DNA of 64,000 nucleotides, from positions 127 through 64,126 of the forward strand of contig CAOKPF010000002.1 of the NCBI GenBank assembly GCA_948470565.1, given 5' to 3'. The notes below the pieces were generated by a model. The model made no database searches and was not told the origin of the DNA. It saw only the letters and a program-made list of their open reading frames with translations. A program made the position numbers and the translations under genes. Shown piece after piece: positions 10,475-20,303 of the stretch; the stretch's first letter is position 1, and each line of letters starts with the position of its first letter. The DNA is from an uncultured Clostridium sp. GTDB lineage: Bacteria > Bacillota > Clostridia > TANB77 > CAG-465.

Positions 10475-11950
10475 TTAGCTCTCTATATTTTTATCAGGCA
10501 TATCCGCCGCAATTTTCTTTACAATTTCTCTTTCATCAAATTTTATCTTCTTGTTATTCTTTAATATTTGATATGTTTCATGTCCTTTTCCAGCAATTAT
10601 TACTATGTCATTTTTCCATGCAATTCTCATAGCAAATTTTATCGCTTCTCTTCTATTTTCAATACTTTTAAATAATCCTCTTGTTGTTTTAATTCCCTCT
10701 TCAATTTGACTCATTATCTTCTTTGGTTCTTCATCTCTAGGATTATCAGTAGTAATTACTATAAAATCTGCAAGTCTTCCTGCAATTTCTCCCATAATAG
10801 CTCTTTTTGTAGTATCTCTATTTCCACCACACCCAAATACACAAATTATTCTTCCCTTGGCGTGTTTTTTTACAGAGCTTAGTATTGCTTCTAAACTTGA
10901 TGGATTATGGGCATAATCGAGCATAACTGTAAATGTTTTATTTATAGGCACAACTTCACTTCTACCTGGTACTCTAACGTTTGCAAGTGCTAATAAAATT
11001 GCATCCATCTGGCAATTAAGAAAACTACATACTCCTATTGCAGCAAGTGAATTATATACAGTAAATCTACCAGGAATATTTATCCTTATAGTTTCCAACA
11101 TTTTATTTATATACATTTTATACTCAACATACTCTGCATTAACTCTTATATCACCAGCAGTTAAGTTTACTTCATTATCTAATCCAAATGTAGCAGTTTT
11201 ACACTTAACCATTTTTAAAAGACGTGGTGCATATATATCATCCCCATTGATTAATGCATAATCAGATACTTCGAATAATTTTGCCTTTGCATTTAAATAA
11301 TTTTCCATTGTTTCATGAAAATCTAAATGCTCCTCTGATAAATTAGTAAATACACTAACTAAAAAGTTAATACCATAAACTCTTTTTAGCTCTAATGCAT
11401 GAGAACTTACTTCCATAACTACATATTCAATGTCTGCATCTACCATATCTTTTAATAATTTTTGTAAGTCAAGTGACTCTGGAGATGTCCTTGTAGACTC
11501 TATTTGAATATTGTTATATGTGTTATATATAGTGCCAATCATTCCTGTTTTTTTACCAGATGCAAGTAATATATCTCTTACCATATATGCTGTTGTAGTC
11601 TTACCTTTAGTACCTGTTATACCAATCATTTTTAATTTATTTGCAGGATAATCATAATATACCGCTGATATAATTGCAAGTGCTTCCCTTGTATCAGTTA
11701 CTTTTATATAAGTAATGCCATCTATATAATTTTCAAACTCTCCCTCAAAAATAATACATTTAGCTCCGTTTTCCTGTGCACTATTTATATAATTATTTCC
11801 ATCTTCACGAAAACCTTTTATAGCCACAAACACATCTCCTGTAGCCACCTTATTTGAGTCATACTCGATTTTTCCTATCTCAATATTTGTACTTCCAATA
11901 ACCTCTAACTTCGTATCACCTAAATTTTCAATTAAATATTGTAAAAGCAT
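10475..11950 (-). CDS. murE: UDP-MurNAc-L-Ala-D-Glu--2,6-diaminopimelate ligase MurE
   Basis: GITGTKGKTTT P-loop, DNPR motif (TTDNPRDEEP), Mur ligase architecture. Confidence 0.93.
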   Translation of the reverse strand: MLLQYLIENLGDTKLEVIGSTNIEIGKIEYDSNKVATGDVFVAIKGFREDGNNYINSAQENGAKCIIFEGEFENYIDGITYIKVTDTREALAIISAVYYDYPANKLKMIGITGTKGKTTTAYMVRDILLASGKKTGMIGTIYNTYNNIQIESTRTSPESLDLQKLLKDMVDADIEYVVMEVSSHALELKRVYGINFLVSVFTNLSEEHLDFHETMENYLNAKAKLFEVSDYALINGDDIYAPRLLKMVKCKTATFGLDNEVNLTAGDIRVNAEYVEYKMYINKMLETIRINIPGRFTVYNSLAAIGVCSFLNCQMDAILLALANVRVPGRSEVVPINKTFTVMLDYAHNPSSLEAILSSVKKHAKGRIICVFGCGGNRDTTKRAIMGEIAGRLADFIVITTDNPRDEEPKKIMSQIEEGIKTTRGLFKSIENRREAIKFAMRIAWKNDIVIIAGKGHETYQILKNNKKIKFDEREIVKKIAADMPDKNIES

Positions 11951-12353
11951 ACACTTATGCCCTCCTTCACCTCAATAATAAATACATTATACCACAAATA
12001 AAAGACTTTTGTAAACTACTTTTCTGCTGTTTTTAAAAAAAATGTAAAATTCATTATTCATTTAATAAATTATATTATTTTCTAAGTAAATAAATTACAT
12101 ATATTAAAATAAATTCATAAATCAGTGACATTTTTAATGATAAGCTAAAAGTACAGAAAAATTATCTTTATATATTCTTTCATTTCTATTATAAAAAATA
12201 AAGTTGATTAAATTCCACGAGTTCCATATATCCGTATAACAGTGTATTTAATAAATTATAACTCTAAAGTAAAATATAATAACATAGCGTAAAAAAGAAA
12301 GACTGCTATATTTCTTAACAATATCTTTCCTTTTGGCTTATATCTTCTATTTT

Positions 12354-13254
12354 TCAATACCGTCCCAACATTTTTTTGTATGCTGTAACAAGTATCTTTT
12401 CATATCGTTTTTCAAGAATTGTTTTATAAAATTCTTTTCTCACATCACTAATATATGATGTGCTATTTATAATATTGTTTATTTTATCCATATTTATTTT
12501 TAGCATTATTCTTCGTAATGCTTCATTACAATCTTCATTTCCTAAAGAATTAATAAAATCATAATAATTAATTTTTTTGTTGTCTAATAGTAATGCTGAT
12601 AAAGGTCTTTCATATATTCTAATATTAATATCTTGTGGATTATTAAGGACTTTTTCTATTTGCTCATCTGTTAATTGAGCATACAAACAAGAACCACAAT
12701 CATATATTGGAGCAACTCTTAGTTCTTGTGTATAATCATTAACTAAAACACCCCAATTTCCATTATGTCTATCAAAATTACCAATTAAAGCATCAACTAT
12801 AAACATATCCCAAAAATATTTCTCTTTCTTTGTCTACTATCTGACTATGATTATTTAATACATCTTTTATATCTTCTAAATTTGTACTTCCACCTTGAGA
12901 ATTGTTACTTATCTCATCATAACTATTTCTTAACTTTTGGAATTCAACAAGTTTCCATTCTTGTGTTGTAAAATCACGGCAAGCACAAGCAATTTTTTCT
13001 ATTCCCATATTGTTTAGAAAAGTGCCTAAATAAGTTTGCTGTGCTTCTATTCCGATTGTTTCAAAAATATGACAACATATATATTCAGAAAATATATTGT
13101 TTGAATATGCTGCTTCACTATTATATTTGGCTACGGAAGGCAACTTCAATAAATATAGATAACCATCTTCATCAATGATTGTTTTTTTATTATCAGCCCC
13201 ATCATATCTATTTAATATTTCATTATTTGATGTAATATAAAAATTATTTTTCAT
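12354..13254 (-). pseudogene. short HipA-like Ser/Thr kinase, split by a 1-nt frameshift
   Basis: ORFs 12793-13254 and 12354-12806 overlap. Removing one base of the homopolymer at 12812-12816 gives ...EIFWDMFIVDALIGNFDRHNGNWGV, the HipA_C catalytic DRHxxN motif. Confidence 0.7.
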
Positions 13255-13267
13255 ATTGTTTTTCCTT

Positions 13268-13480
13268 TCATAAATGCTTTTCTCGTAATAATTTTACTTG
13301 TTCAATATTGATTACTCCATCATTATAGGCTTGGTTGCATTCACTAATAAAATCTTCCTCATAAAAATCTATATGCAGCCCATTTGCTTTTCTCTCATTA
13401 ATTAGATTTTTTATTGTCTTTACTAGATAATCTGGTATTTTAAAATCTATCTTTATTTTATCGTCAAAATACTTTTTCAT
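13268..13480 (-). CDS. 70-aa protein encoded 13 nt upstream of the HipA-like kinase (possible partner or antitoxin)
   Basis: Co-oriented and tightly spaced; no recognisable HTH. Confidence 0.35.
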   Translation of the reverse strand: MKKYFDDKIKIDFKIPDYLVKTIKNLINERKANGLHIDFYEEDFISECNQAYNDGVINIEQVKLLREKHL

Positions 13481-13817
13481 AGTATAACTCCTTTTTTTGT
13501 TTAGATATATAATATATTATCACAAATCAATTAATATTAACAGTATTTTTTACAATTTTTCATGAATTTCCCCTGACAATTTTTAAAGATTTCTAATATT
13601 TTCAGTTACAATTCACAGCCTAAAATATTAAAAATTGATATAATCATTTCTACACTTAATTTTGAAATATTTTATATTGTTTTTGGTTGAAGTGAAATAT
13701 TATATTTATGTTTATTAAGTATATATAATTATTTAATTATTCATTTTCTTCATATCGGCTGTGAAAAGTTCACGATATCACAAATTCCCTAAACATTGTT
13801 AGTGGTAAAATATAAAT

Positions 13818-15662
13818 GGTTCTTCTGCAATTTATGTGAAAAAATATTTCCAAATTTGATGTTTTTGTGATACAATAACATCAACAAATTTGGAGGTTAA
13901 TTTTTATATGGAAGAACTAATGAAAAAACTAGATAAAAAAATAAAAGTAATAAGTTATGAAGAGATTGATGGTATATCAAATATACACATTAAAAGAACT
14001 AATAAATCAGCAATATGCCCATGTTGTGGAAAGAAATCATCTAAAATTAATACAAAATATTTTAGAACAATTAAAGATTTACCAATTCAAGATAATAAAG
14101 TAATTTTAAACTTAGAAACAAAAACATTTTTTTGCAAAAACAAGGAGTGTCAAATAAAAACATTTTCAGAAAAATTTGATTTTATAGAAAGTCATGCAAG
14201 AATGACTACAAGACTAAAAGATAGGATTGTAGGAGATACAAAAGGTATGAGTGCACACTATGCGAAAACAACTGTAAATAAAGGGTTAGTAAATATTTCA
14301 GATGATACTATTTTAAGATTACTAAAAAAAAACAATAACAATAGTAGATAAAGAAAAAGTAACTAAAGTATGCATTGATGATTTTGCATTGAAAAAACGC
14401 AAAAATTATGGAACCGTTATGATTGATATAGAAACTCACCAAATAATTGATTTACTTGAATCTAGACAAGAAGAAGATGTTACAGAATGGTTAAAAACAT
14501 ATCCTAACCTTGAAATTATTTCAAGGGATGGTGGTGTAATGTACAAATCAGCTAGTGATAAATCTCACCCTAATGCTAAACAAATATCAGATAGATTTCA
14601 TATATTAAAAAATCTTACCGATTATGCTAAAGATGCATTAAAAAGATTATTAAAAAAACAAATAAATATAAGTGATGATGAACAAAGCCAAATTTCAAAA
14701 ACAAAAAAGAAATATGAGTATAAAACAAAATGGGATTTAATAATGAAGGTAAAAGAATTAAAAGAAAAGAAATATAGAATAATTGAAATAGCTCAATATT
14801 TAGGTATATCTGAAAAAAGTGTTATAGAATATAATAAAATTCCTATGAGAGATAAGGAAAAGTATAATCAACTTCCAATGAATGAATTAAAATCACAAGT
14901 AAGGAACAAAAATAAATGGCAACTGATACAAGAGGTTCAAGAAGAATATAAGAAATGCCATAAATATTCAGTTGTAGCAAGAAAATTTAACATTGATGAC
15001 AGAACAGTAAAAAAATATCTAAAGATAACAGAACAACCAATTAATGAAAATAAAAATCGAGAATATGCGAGTAAATTGGATAAATACAAAAGTAAAATTA
15101 TAAAAATGAATAATGAAGGATTTACATGGAAATTAATAAAAGACGCAATAAAAGAAGAAGGATATAAAGGCTCTGACTCATTACTTAGAACTTATCTTTC
15201 AAAAATAAAAAAAGAACAAGTAGAAGAAAAAAAATTAAAACATGTAGTAGAAAGAACAACAATGATTTCACTATTATATAAAAAAATTGATAAGGTAAAA
15301 AATATAACAAAAGAAATGTTTGATAAGGTTATTTCCATGTTCCCAGAAGCAGGAAAAATATATGAAGTAATAAAAGAATTCAAAGAAATAATGTTTAGTA
15401 AAAAAATAGAGAACTTAGATAAATGGATTGAAACAACAAAAGAATTAAAAATACCAGAAATAAACAGTTTTATAAATCGGAATAGAAAGAGATATAGAAG
15501 CTGTAAGAAATGGAATAAAGTATGATTATAATAATGGATTAGCAGAAGGAAGTGTAAATAAGATAAAAGTAATAAAGAGAACTATGTATGGAAGATGTAG
15601 CTTTGAACTATTAAAGCAAAAGGTTCTTCTGCAATATTAATCACATAAATTGCGGAAGAACC
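13818..15662 (+). mobile_element. ISL3-family insertion sequence, degenerate
   Basis: 22-bp terminal inverted repeats: ggttcttctgcaatttatgtga (13818-13839) and tcacataaattgcggaagaacc (15641-15662), 1 mismatch. ISL3 transposase motifs lie inside. Confidence 0.85.
13908..15640 (+). pseudogene. ISL3 transposase in three frames
   Basis: zf-ISL3 N-terminus (CPCCGKKSSKINTKYFRTIKDLP), DDE core (DDFALKKRKNYGTVMID...ISDRFHI), C-terminus (NNGLAEGSVNKIKVIKRTMYGR). Frame breaks occur at the A9 run 14324-14332 and at CGGA 15478-15481. Confidence 0.85.
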
Positions 15663-15849
15663 CAAAAAGTACAGAAAATTGTGTACTTTTACTTTCCACT
15701 TTTTCTGTACTTTTATTTTATCATAAACAACATTATTATTTTACATAACTTTTTTAAAAAAAACATTTTTTATAGGGACTTTCTGCGCTTTTTTTCTTAT
15801 ATTTTCACTATTTTATTTTTTATGTAATCCTAATTTTTAACACAAAATA

Positions 15850-15895
15850 AACTGGTAAATTAGATCTCATTTTTGATCTATTTTACCAGTTTTTT
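15850..15895 (+). terminator. strong hairpin plus T run (could act in both directions)
   Basis: aactggtaaattagatc / gatctattttaccagtt followed by T5. Confidence 0.5.
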
Positions 15896-15978
15896 ACATT
15901 CTATCGGACGCCATTTTGCTGTCTACAGTCCTTGATACTCTAAGCTTCCATAAAAAGTGTCAGGTACTAAGGTGGTAC

Positions 15979-17892
15979 CTATTTTAATATATATCCCTCT
16001 CCTGATGGCTCCAATTTGATATCAGAACTTAAACAAACTACAGGCCTACAAGCAAGATCACTATATAGGTAGTTGTCGTAGTTTACACTGCTGCCATGAG
16101 AATTAACATTGAAACACATCACATAGTCGGTGTAGTTCATCGAAGTAGAGGCAAGCCACATACCAACTGCTTTGTCATGATCACAATTGTATAGTTGGTC
16201 ATTATTATCTATCATAGTTTGCACATAATATTTCCAACTGTCTGTCGCTGTTTCCCTTACTGAATATCCATTTGCATGAGCTGCTTTATATTCATACGAT
16301 GTTCCATATGTTTGATTATATACTTTGAGTAAAATCTCTACTGTTGGTCCTCCTATTGCATAATCTGCGTATGTCGCATTTCTATAATTCTTATTCCATT
16401 CTTCTATATCTAATAAATATCCTACTGCTTTCATATTATATCCACTACTTATATACCTATTTGTTACAAAATAATCGTAGTTTAATCCTTTTATCCTTTT
16501 ATCTGTTATACTAGTTGTACCTTCATAAGATGTCCATACGTTTCTAAGAGATATTCTATACTCTCCATTTTTATTTATTCTATCCTGTTTTGGCAACGTA
16601 CTATTTGGTACGTAATCACTTGCTAGCAAGTATATATTATTTTCATGTGTTGCTGGGTTCTCACCTGCATAGAATATTTTCCATACTACTCCCGTATTTG
16701 CTAACGCTGTGTCTACTGCGCTATTTCCTGTTGTATAATTACTTACTACTTTTCCATAATATGTGCTTGAATTTAACATTACTTCGCTTGTTTGTATTCC
16801 TGTTTCTAACTTTACCATTATCTTTTCTGACTTTGCTACTGTTTTGTTTCCTTCATTATCTACTATTAACATATGTAAGTAATATTCTCCATCACTTTCT
16901 ACATTACATTTTATATTTGCACTTCCATCTACTATATTTTCTATTTTATTTGCACTTTCCCATATACTATTTTCTGCATCATATGTTGTACTTACTTGAT
17001 TTATTATATACTTACATTCCTCTTCATTTATTCCACTTCCACCTACATTATCTTTTAGGGTTACTGTTATTCCTTCTATATCATAACTTGTTACTTCACT
17101 TGGTACTGTTATATTTGGTGGTGTTGGCGGTGTACTATCTGGATATGTTATTACTTTCTCTGTTTCTTTTCCTCTTGCTTCTGTCTCATCTTCCATTTTT
17201 ACTTCTACTTTTACCATATATTCTGCATCTTCTTCTAATCCTGTTATATTGTAGCTTATTTCACTTGATTTTTCTGTACTTTTATAATCTTCTTTTGCTT
17301 TATATTCTAAATCTGTTACTTTCTTTGCATATACCTTGTACCATTCTATTTTACTTGCGTCTACTAATGAACCTTTTAATGTTATTTTTCCGCTTATTCC
17401 ATTGTCACTTGGTATTGTTGTTACATTTATTCCAAATTCTGTTGCTTCTATTATCCCACTACACCAATTTGTTTCTTCTTTTGAGTCTCCTACATATACC
17501 AAACTTCCTCCCATTATTTCTATACTTTCTACATATTTTGTATTTTTTATTGATGTTATTACATCTCCTATTGTTCTACTTGTATCTTTTTTTCCATTCT
17601 CTGTTACACTTTCTTTATCTGCATATAATTTTTCTCCATTGTATGCTCCAAGTGTTCCTGCTTGCTTATTTGCTACATACAAACTAAGTTCGCTTTTAAA
17701 TGTATCTACATCTGACATAAATTTTGCTTTCTTTGCATCATTTACTGGATTATTCTGGGTTAAATTTAATATTACTGCTCCTGCTATTATTATTATCACT
17801 ATAATTGTTATTACTAGTACTATTAGACTTATACCACTTTTTGCTATATTCTCTTTTTCATATTCTATATTCTTTTTATCTTTACTTTTCAT
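15979..17892 (-). CDS. 637-aa surface protein with pilin-like N-terminal anchor and Ig/FN3-like middle region
   Basis: N-terminus KSGISLIVLVITIIVIIIIAG resembles a prepilin signal but lacks Glu5. FN3-like segment (YNITGLEEDAEYMVKVEV). C-terminal WLAS...RPVVCL motif. Confidence 0.5.
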   Translation of the reverse strand: MKSKDKKNIEYEKENIAKSGISLIVLVITIIVIIIIAGAVILNLTQNNPVNDAKKAKFMSDVDTFKSELSLYVANKQAGTLGAYNGEKLYADKESVTENGKKDTSRTIGDVITSIKNTKYVESIEIMGGSLVYVGDSKEETNWCSGIIEATEFGINVTTIPSDNGISGKITLKGSLVDASKIEWYKVYAKKVTDLEYKAKEDYKSTEKSSEISYNITGLEEDAEYMVKVEVKMEDETEARGKETEKVITYPDSTPPTPPNITVPSEVTSYDIEGITVTLKDNVGGSGINEEECKYIINQVSTTYDAENSIWESANKIENIVDGSANIKCNVESDGEYYLHMLIVDNEGNKTVAKSEKIMVKLETGIQTSEVMLNSSTYYGKVVSNYTTGNSAVDTALANTGVVWKIFYAGENPATHENNIYLLASDYVPNSTLPKQDRINKNGEYRISLRNVWTSYEGTTSITDKRIKGLNYDYFVTNRYISSGYNMKAVGYLLDIEEWNKNYRNATYADYAIGGPTVEILLKVYNQTYGTSYEYKAAHANGYSVRETATDSWKYYVQTMIDNNDQLYNCDHDKAVGMWLASTSMNYTDYVMCFNVNSHGSSVNYDNYLYSDLACRPVVCLSSDIKLEPSGEGYILK

Positions 17893-18246
17893 ACTCTTTT
17901 CCTCTCTTATTTTTTTACTTTAATATCTTATTTAATATTATTTTTATTCTTCAATTTTTATCTTGATTTTTTACACTACTCCTCCTTTCTGTTTTTTCTT
18001 ATTTCTTTTTTTACCTCTTTTTTCTTTTGTTCCTTGGTATTTACTTAATATATCTAATGTTATATTTTTAGCTTATTTTATTATCACTAAGCCTCTTTTA
18101 TAAACCTCTTAATATATTTCATAAACATTTTTACTTTTTGACAGCACAAATACCAATAGCTAAGTATTCTTTCTTAACTATGGTATTTATATATGTATTT
18201 TTTTGCGCAGTAACACCTTGGTTTTTTCTTCTATTATTTAATATAC

Positions 18247-18266
18247 TACGCGTGTGTGTGTGTGTA
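18247..18266. other. att core, left junction
   Basis: tacgcg(tg)6ta. Same sequence with one fewer TG unit at 55301-55318. Confidence 0.7.
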
Positions 18267-18376
18267 TTTCGCATTTTTATGTAAAATTTTCAAATCCAGT
18301 AATATATTGATTTTTTAAGCAATATAAGCATTTTTGCAAAATTTTTAGTACATAAAAATATGGCAAAAAATAACCC

Positions 18377-18400
18377 GTTATCAACAAATTGTCAACAAAT
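18377..18400. promoter_or_regulatory. putative integrase arm-type binding sites (tandem TCAACAAAT)
   Basis: gttatcaacaaattgtcaacaaat; a near-identical 24-mer lies at 55232-55255. Both are inside the prophage, on either side of the core. Confidence 0.5.
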
Positions 18401-18523
18401 TTTACTATCCCAATTATATCCTTTTTTAATTCCAATCTTATATACTTTTATAGAGTAGTTTTTTAATATTATAAATAATACTTTTTCAAAAACATTTAGT
18501 TGTTTTAATAGCTCATGATACAT
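18392..18523 (-). CDS. 43-aa ORF with strong RBS
   Basis: ggaggtatttatATG; no similarity recognised. Confidence 0.25.
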   Translation of the reverse strand: MYHELLKQLNVFEKVLFIILKNYSIKVYKIGIKKGYNWDSKIC

Positions 18524-18594
18524 ATAAATACCTCCATTATTATTTTATTATAACATATTATGTAAACAATTTTAACTACTCTACAACATAGGTA

Positions 18595-18777
18595 TTATTT
18601 TAATTCTTTAACTAAATTCTCTATATAATTAGAAGTTTTGTCACAATCAATAATTTTTGTATTTACATACTTAATTTTATTATCTATATATTCAACTATA
18701 TCCTCTCTAACCACATCTTCATTCATCATCTCTTTTATTTCATTAAGTATTACTAATGTCATTTCTAATTCTTCCAT
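18595..18777 (-). CDS. 60-aa acidic protein, prophage end region
   Basis: ORF only. Confidence 0.3.
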   Translation of the reverse strand: MEELEMTLVILNEIKEMMNEDVVREDIVEYIDNKIKYVNTKIIDCDKTSNYIENLVKELK

Positions 18778-18891
18778 ACTATCACCAATGTAATTATATC
18801 AAAGATAACTTACTTATACAATAGTTATAACAAAGCATAGTTAAAATACCAATAAGTTTCCTGTAAAATAATGGTAAGGGAGGAAATATAA

Positions 18892-19089
18892 ATGATATAT
18901 TTAAGGATAAATGAAATATTAAAAGAAAAAAATAAAACTAAATACTGGTTTATAAAAAATATGGAGGGTGGTTATCAATCACTATCAAATTTAATGAATA
19001 ACGAAACAAAAAGTATTCACTTTTCTACTTTAGAAAAAATATGTAAAATATTAGAATGTGAGCCAAGTGATATTTTAAAAATCAAGTAA
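18892..19089 (+). CDS. XRE/Cro-type HTH protein (65 aa)
   Basis: The ...KTKYWFIKNMEGGYQSLSNLMNNETKSIHFSTLEKICKILECEPSDIL pattern is typical of HTH_26/XRE. RBS gggagg. Confidence 0.7.
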   Translation: MIYLRINEILKEKNKTKYWFIKNMEGGYQSLSNLMNNETKSIHFSTLEKICKILECEPSDILKIK

Positions 19090-19115
19090 CTAGGGATATT
19101 CGTCCCTAGTTTTTT
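19090..19115 (+). terminator. rho-independent terminator
   Basis: ctaggga-tattcg-tccctag followed by T6. Confidence 0.75.
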
Positions 19116-19213
19116 ATAATCAAAATGCAATATTTCTGGAATATTATTAAAAATTTATTACTTGACAGATATGTAGTCAAGCACTTTTACATTTTTCACA
19201 AAATTTGTCAAGC

Positions 19214-19245
19214 AAAAAATTCATGATAGTGGGTTAAGCCCACTA
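19214..19245 (-). terminator. possible terminator of the lysis operon
   Basis: tagtggg/cccacta stem; the T run is offset by 7 nt. Confidence 0.4.
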
Positions 19246-19248
19246 ATC

Positions 19249-19878
19249 TTATATTCTGCTACAACCACCAGACCATACATAATTACCTTTGGCACTCTTA
19301 TACCATATATTATTACCATTTACGCTTTCGCCTGTTACAGTTCCTACTGCTTTAAATGTATCGCCTTTTTTTAAACAACTTGCACCAGGTTGTGGAATTA
19401 TTGCACTTTGGCTATTAGGTTGCGCTCTAACATTAGCCTCTGCCTTGTCTACTCTTACAGTAAAAGCTGTTACTGTATCTGCACAGTCAAAACCTTTATT
19501 ATATCTTAGTATACATCTATATCCTTCAAATGGCTGATCTCTGTAACCTACTGCTAACTTATTTATTCCATTCTGATCGAAAAACTTAAAATTAGCATCT
19601 ATAAAGCCAATATGTCCATATCCTCCACCATAATTAGCACCATATACAAGTATATCCCCTCTTTGCAAAGGTGTTCCTGCTGGCAATTTTGTAAAGCCTG
19701 CTGGTACATTGTATTCCCAATCTTTAGCGTTACCATGTGCTTGAAATGGTATACCTAATACCTGATATAACATCTGTTGTACTAAGCTTACACATTGTCC
19801 TGAATATCCATTATTTGGTGGTGGATTTGCCACACTTCTTTGATTTAATGCCCAATCGCCAAACTCTCTTAAATTCAT
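19249..19878 (-). CDS. endolysin, CHAP domain plus SH3b-like cell-wall binding domain
   Basis: CHAP Cys (SGQCVSLVQQ) and His (GHIGF). C-terminal SH3b-like VRAQPN...GDTFKAVG...NNIWYK. Confidence 0.8.
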   Translation of the reverse strand: MNLREFGDWALNQRSVANPPPNNGYSGQCVSLVQQMLYQVLGIPFQAHGNAKDWEYNVPAGFTKLPAGTPLQRGDILVYGANYGGGYGHIGFIDANFKFFDQNGINKLAVGYRDQPFEGYRCILRYNKGFDCADTVTAFTVRVDKAEANVRAQPNSQSAIIPQPGASCLKKGDTFKAVGTVTGESVNGNNIWYKSAKGNYVWSGGCSRI

Positions 19879-19947
19879 TATTCCTCACACTCCTCTATTT
19901 TATATGTTTCTCCTTGAAAATCTTGATCTACTTCATTTTTCATTATT

Positions 19948-20211
19948 TTATTCCTCCATTCTTATACATTTATTTTCAAACTTTTTGTAAGCATCGAAAT
20001 ATATTTCTTTTTTATCTCCATTTAATGTAACTTCGTAGTACATTCCATCAAATAATGTTGTACTCAATAATACCTTGCTATTTTGTAATGTTTTACAACT
20101 CCATACTATAAATACATTAAATTCTGGTGTTTCATCACTCTTATCAAAATGTTCAATAGCATATTCCTTTACTAATTCTTTTGCTTTTTCTAAAAATTCT
20201 TCATTACTCAT
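19948..20211 (-). CDS. hypothetical protein between holin and endolysin
   Basis: 87-aa ORF. Confidence 0.4.
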   Translation of the reverse strand: MSNEEFLEKAKELVKEYAIEHFDKSDETPEFNVFIVWSCKTLQNSKVLLSTTLFDGMYYEVTLNGDKKEIYFDAYKKFENKCIRMEE

Positions 20212-20303
20212 TTTTTTATTCCTCCATTCTTAGTTTACAATAAACTGTTCTCATATTTCCTTTTTAAGCCATTTTTTAGAGCATAGCAATATCTTACTAT
20301 GCC

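Noticed and set aside
13608-13768. 9-bp inverted repeat (ttcacagcc / ggctgtgaa) around a TGaTATAAT box, as a possible invertible promoter
   Set aside because: The arms are too short, and there is no nearby serine or tyrosine invertase. Chance occurrence is plausible.
16590-17923. Long plus-strand ORFs (365 aa and 195 aa), extremely rich in L/F/Y/H
   Set aside because: They lie antisense to the well-formed 637-aa minus-strand gene, are low-complexity, and have no RBS. These are typical shadow ORFs of AT-rich DNA. The same reasoning applies to 6245-6820, 8773-9045, 26467-26904, 27655-28005, 47246-47882 and similar track entries.
18253-18265. (TG)n tract as a stand-alone phase-variation switch
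   Set aside because: It is part of the duplicated att core. It is not inside a coding region or between -35 and -10 elements that I can identify.
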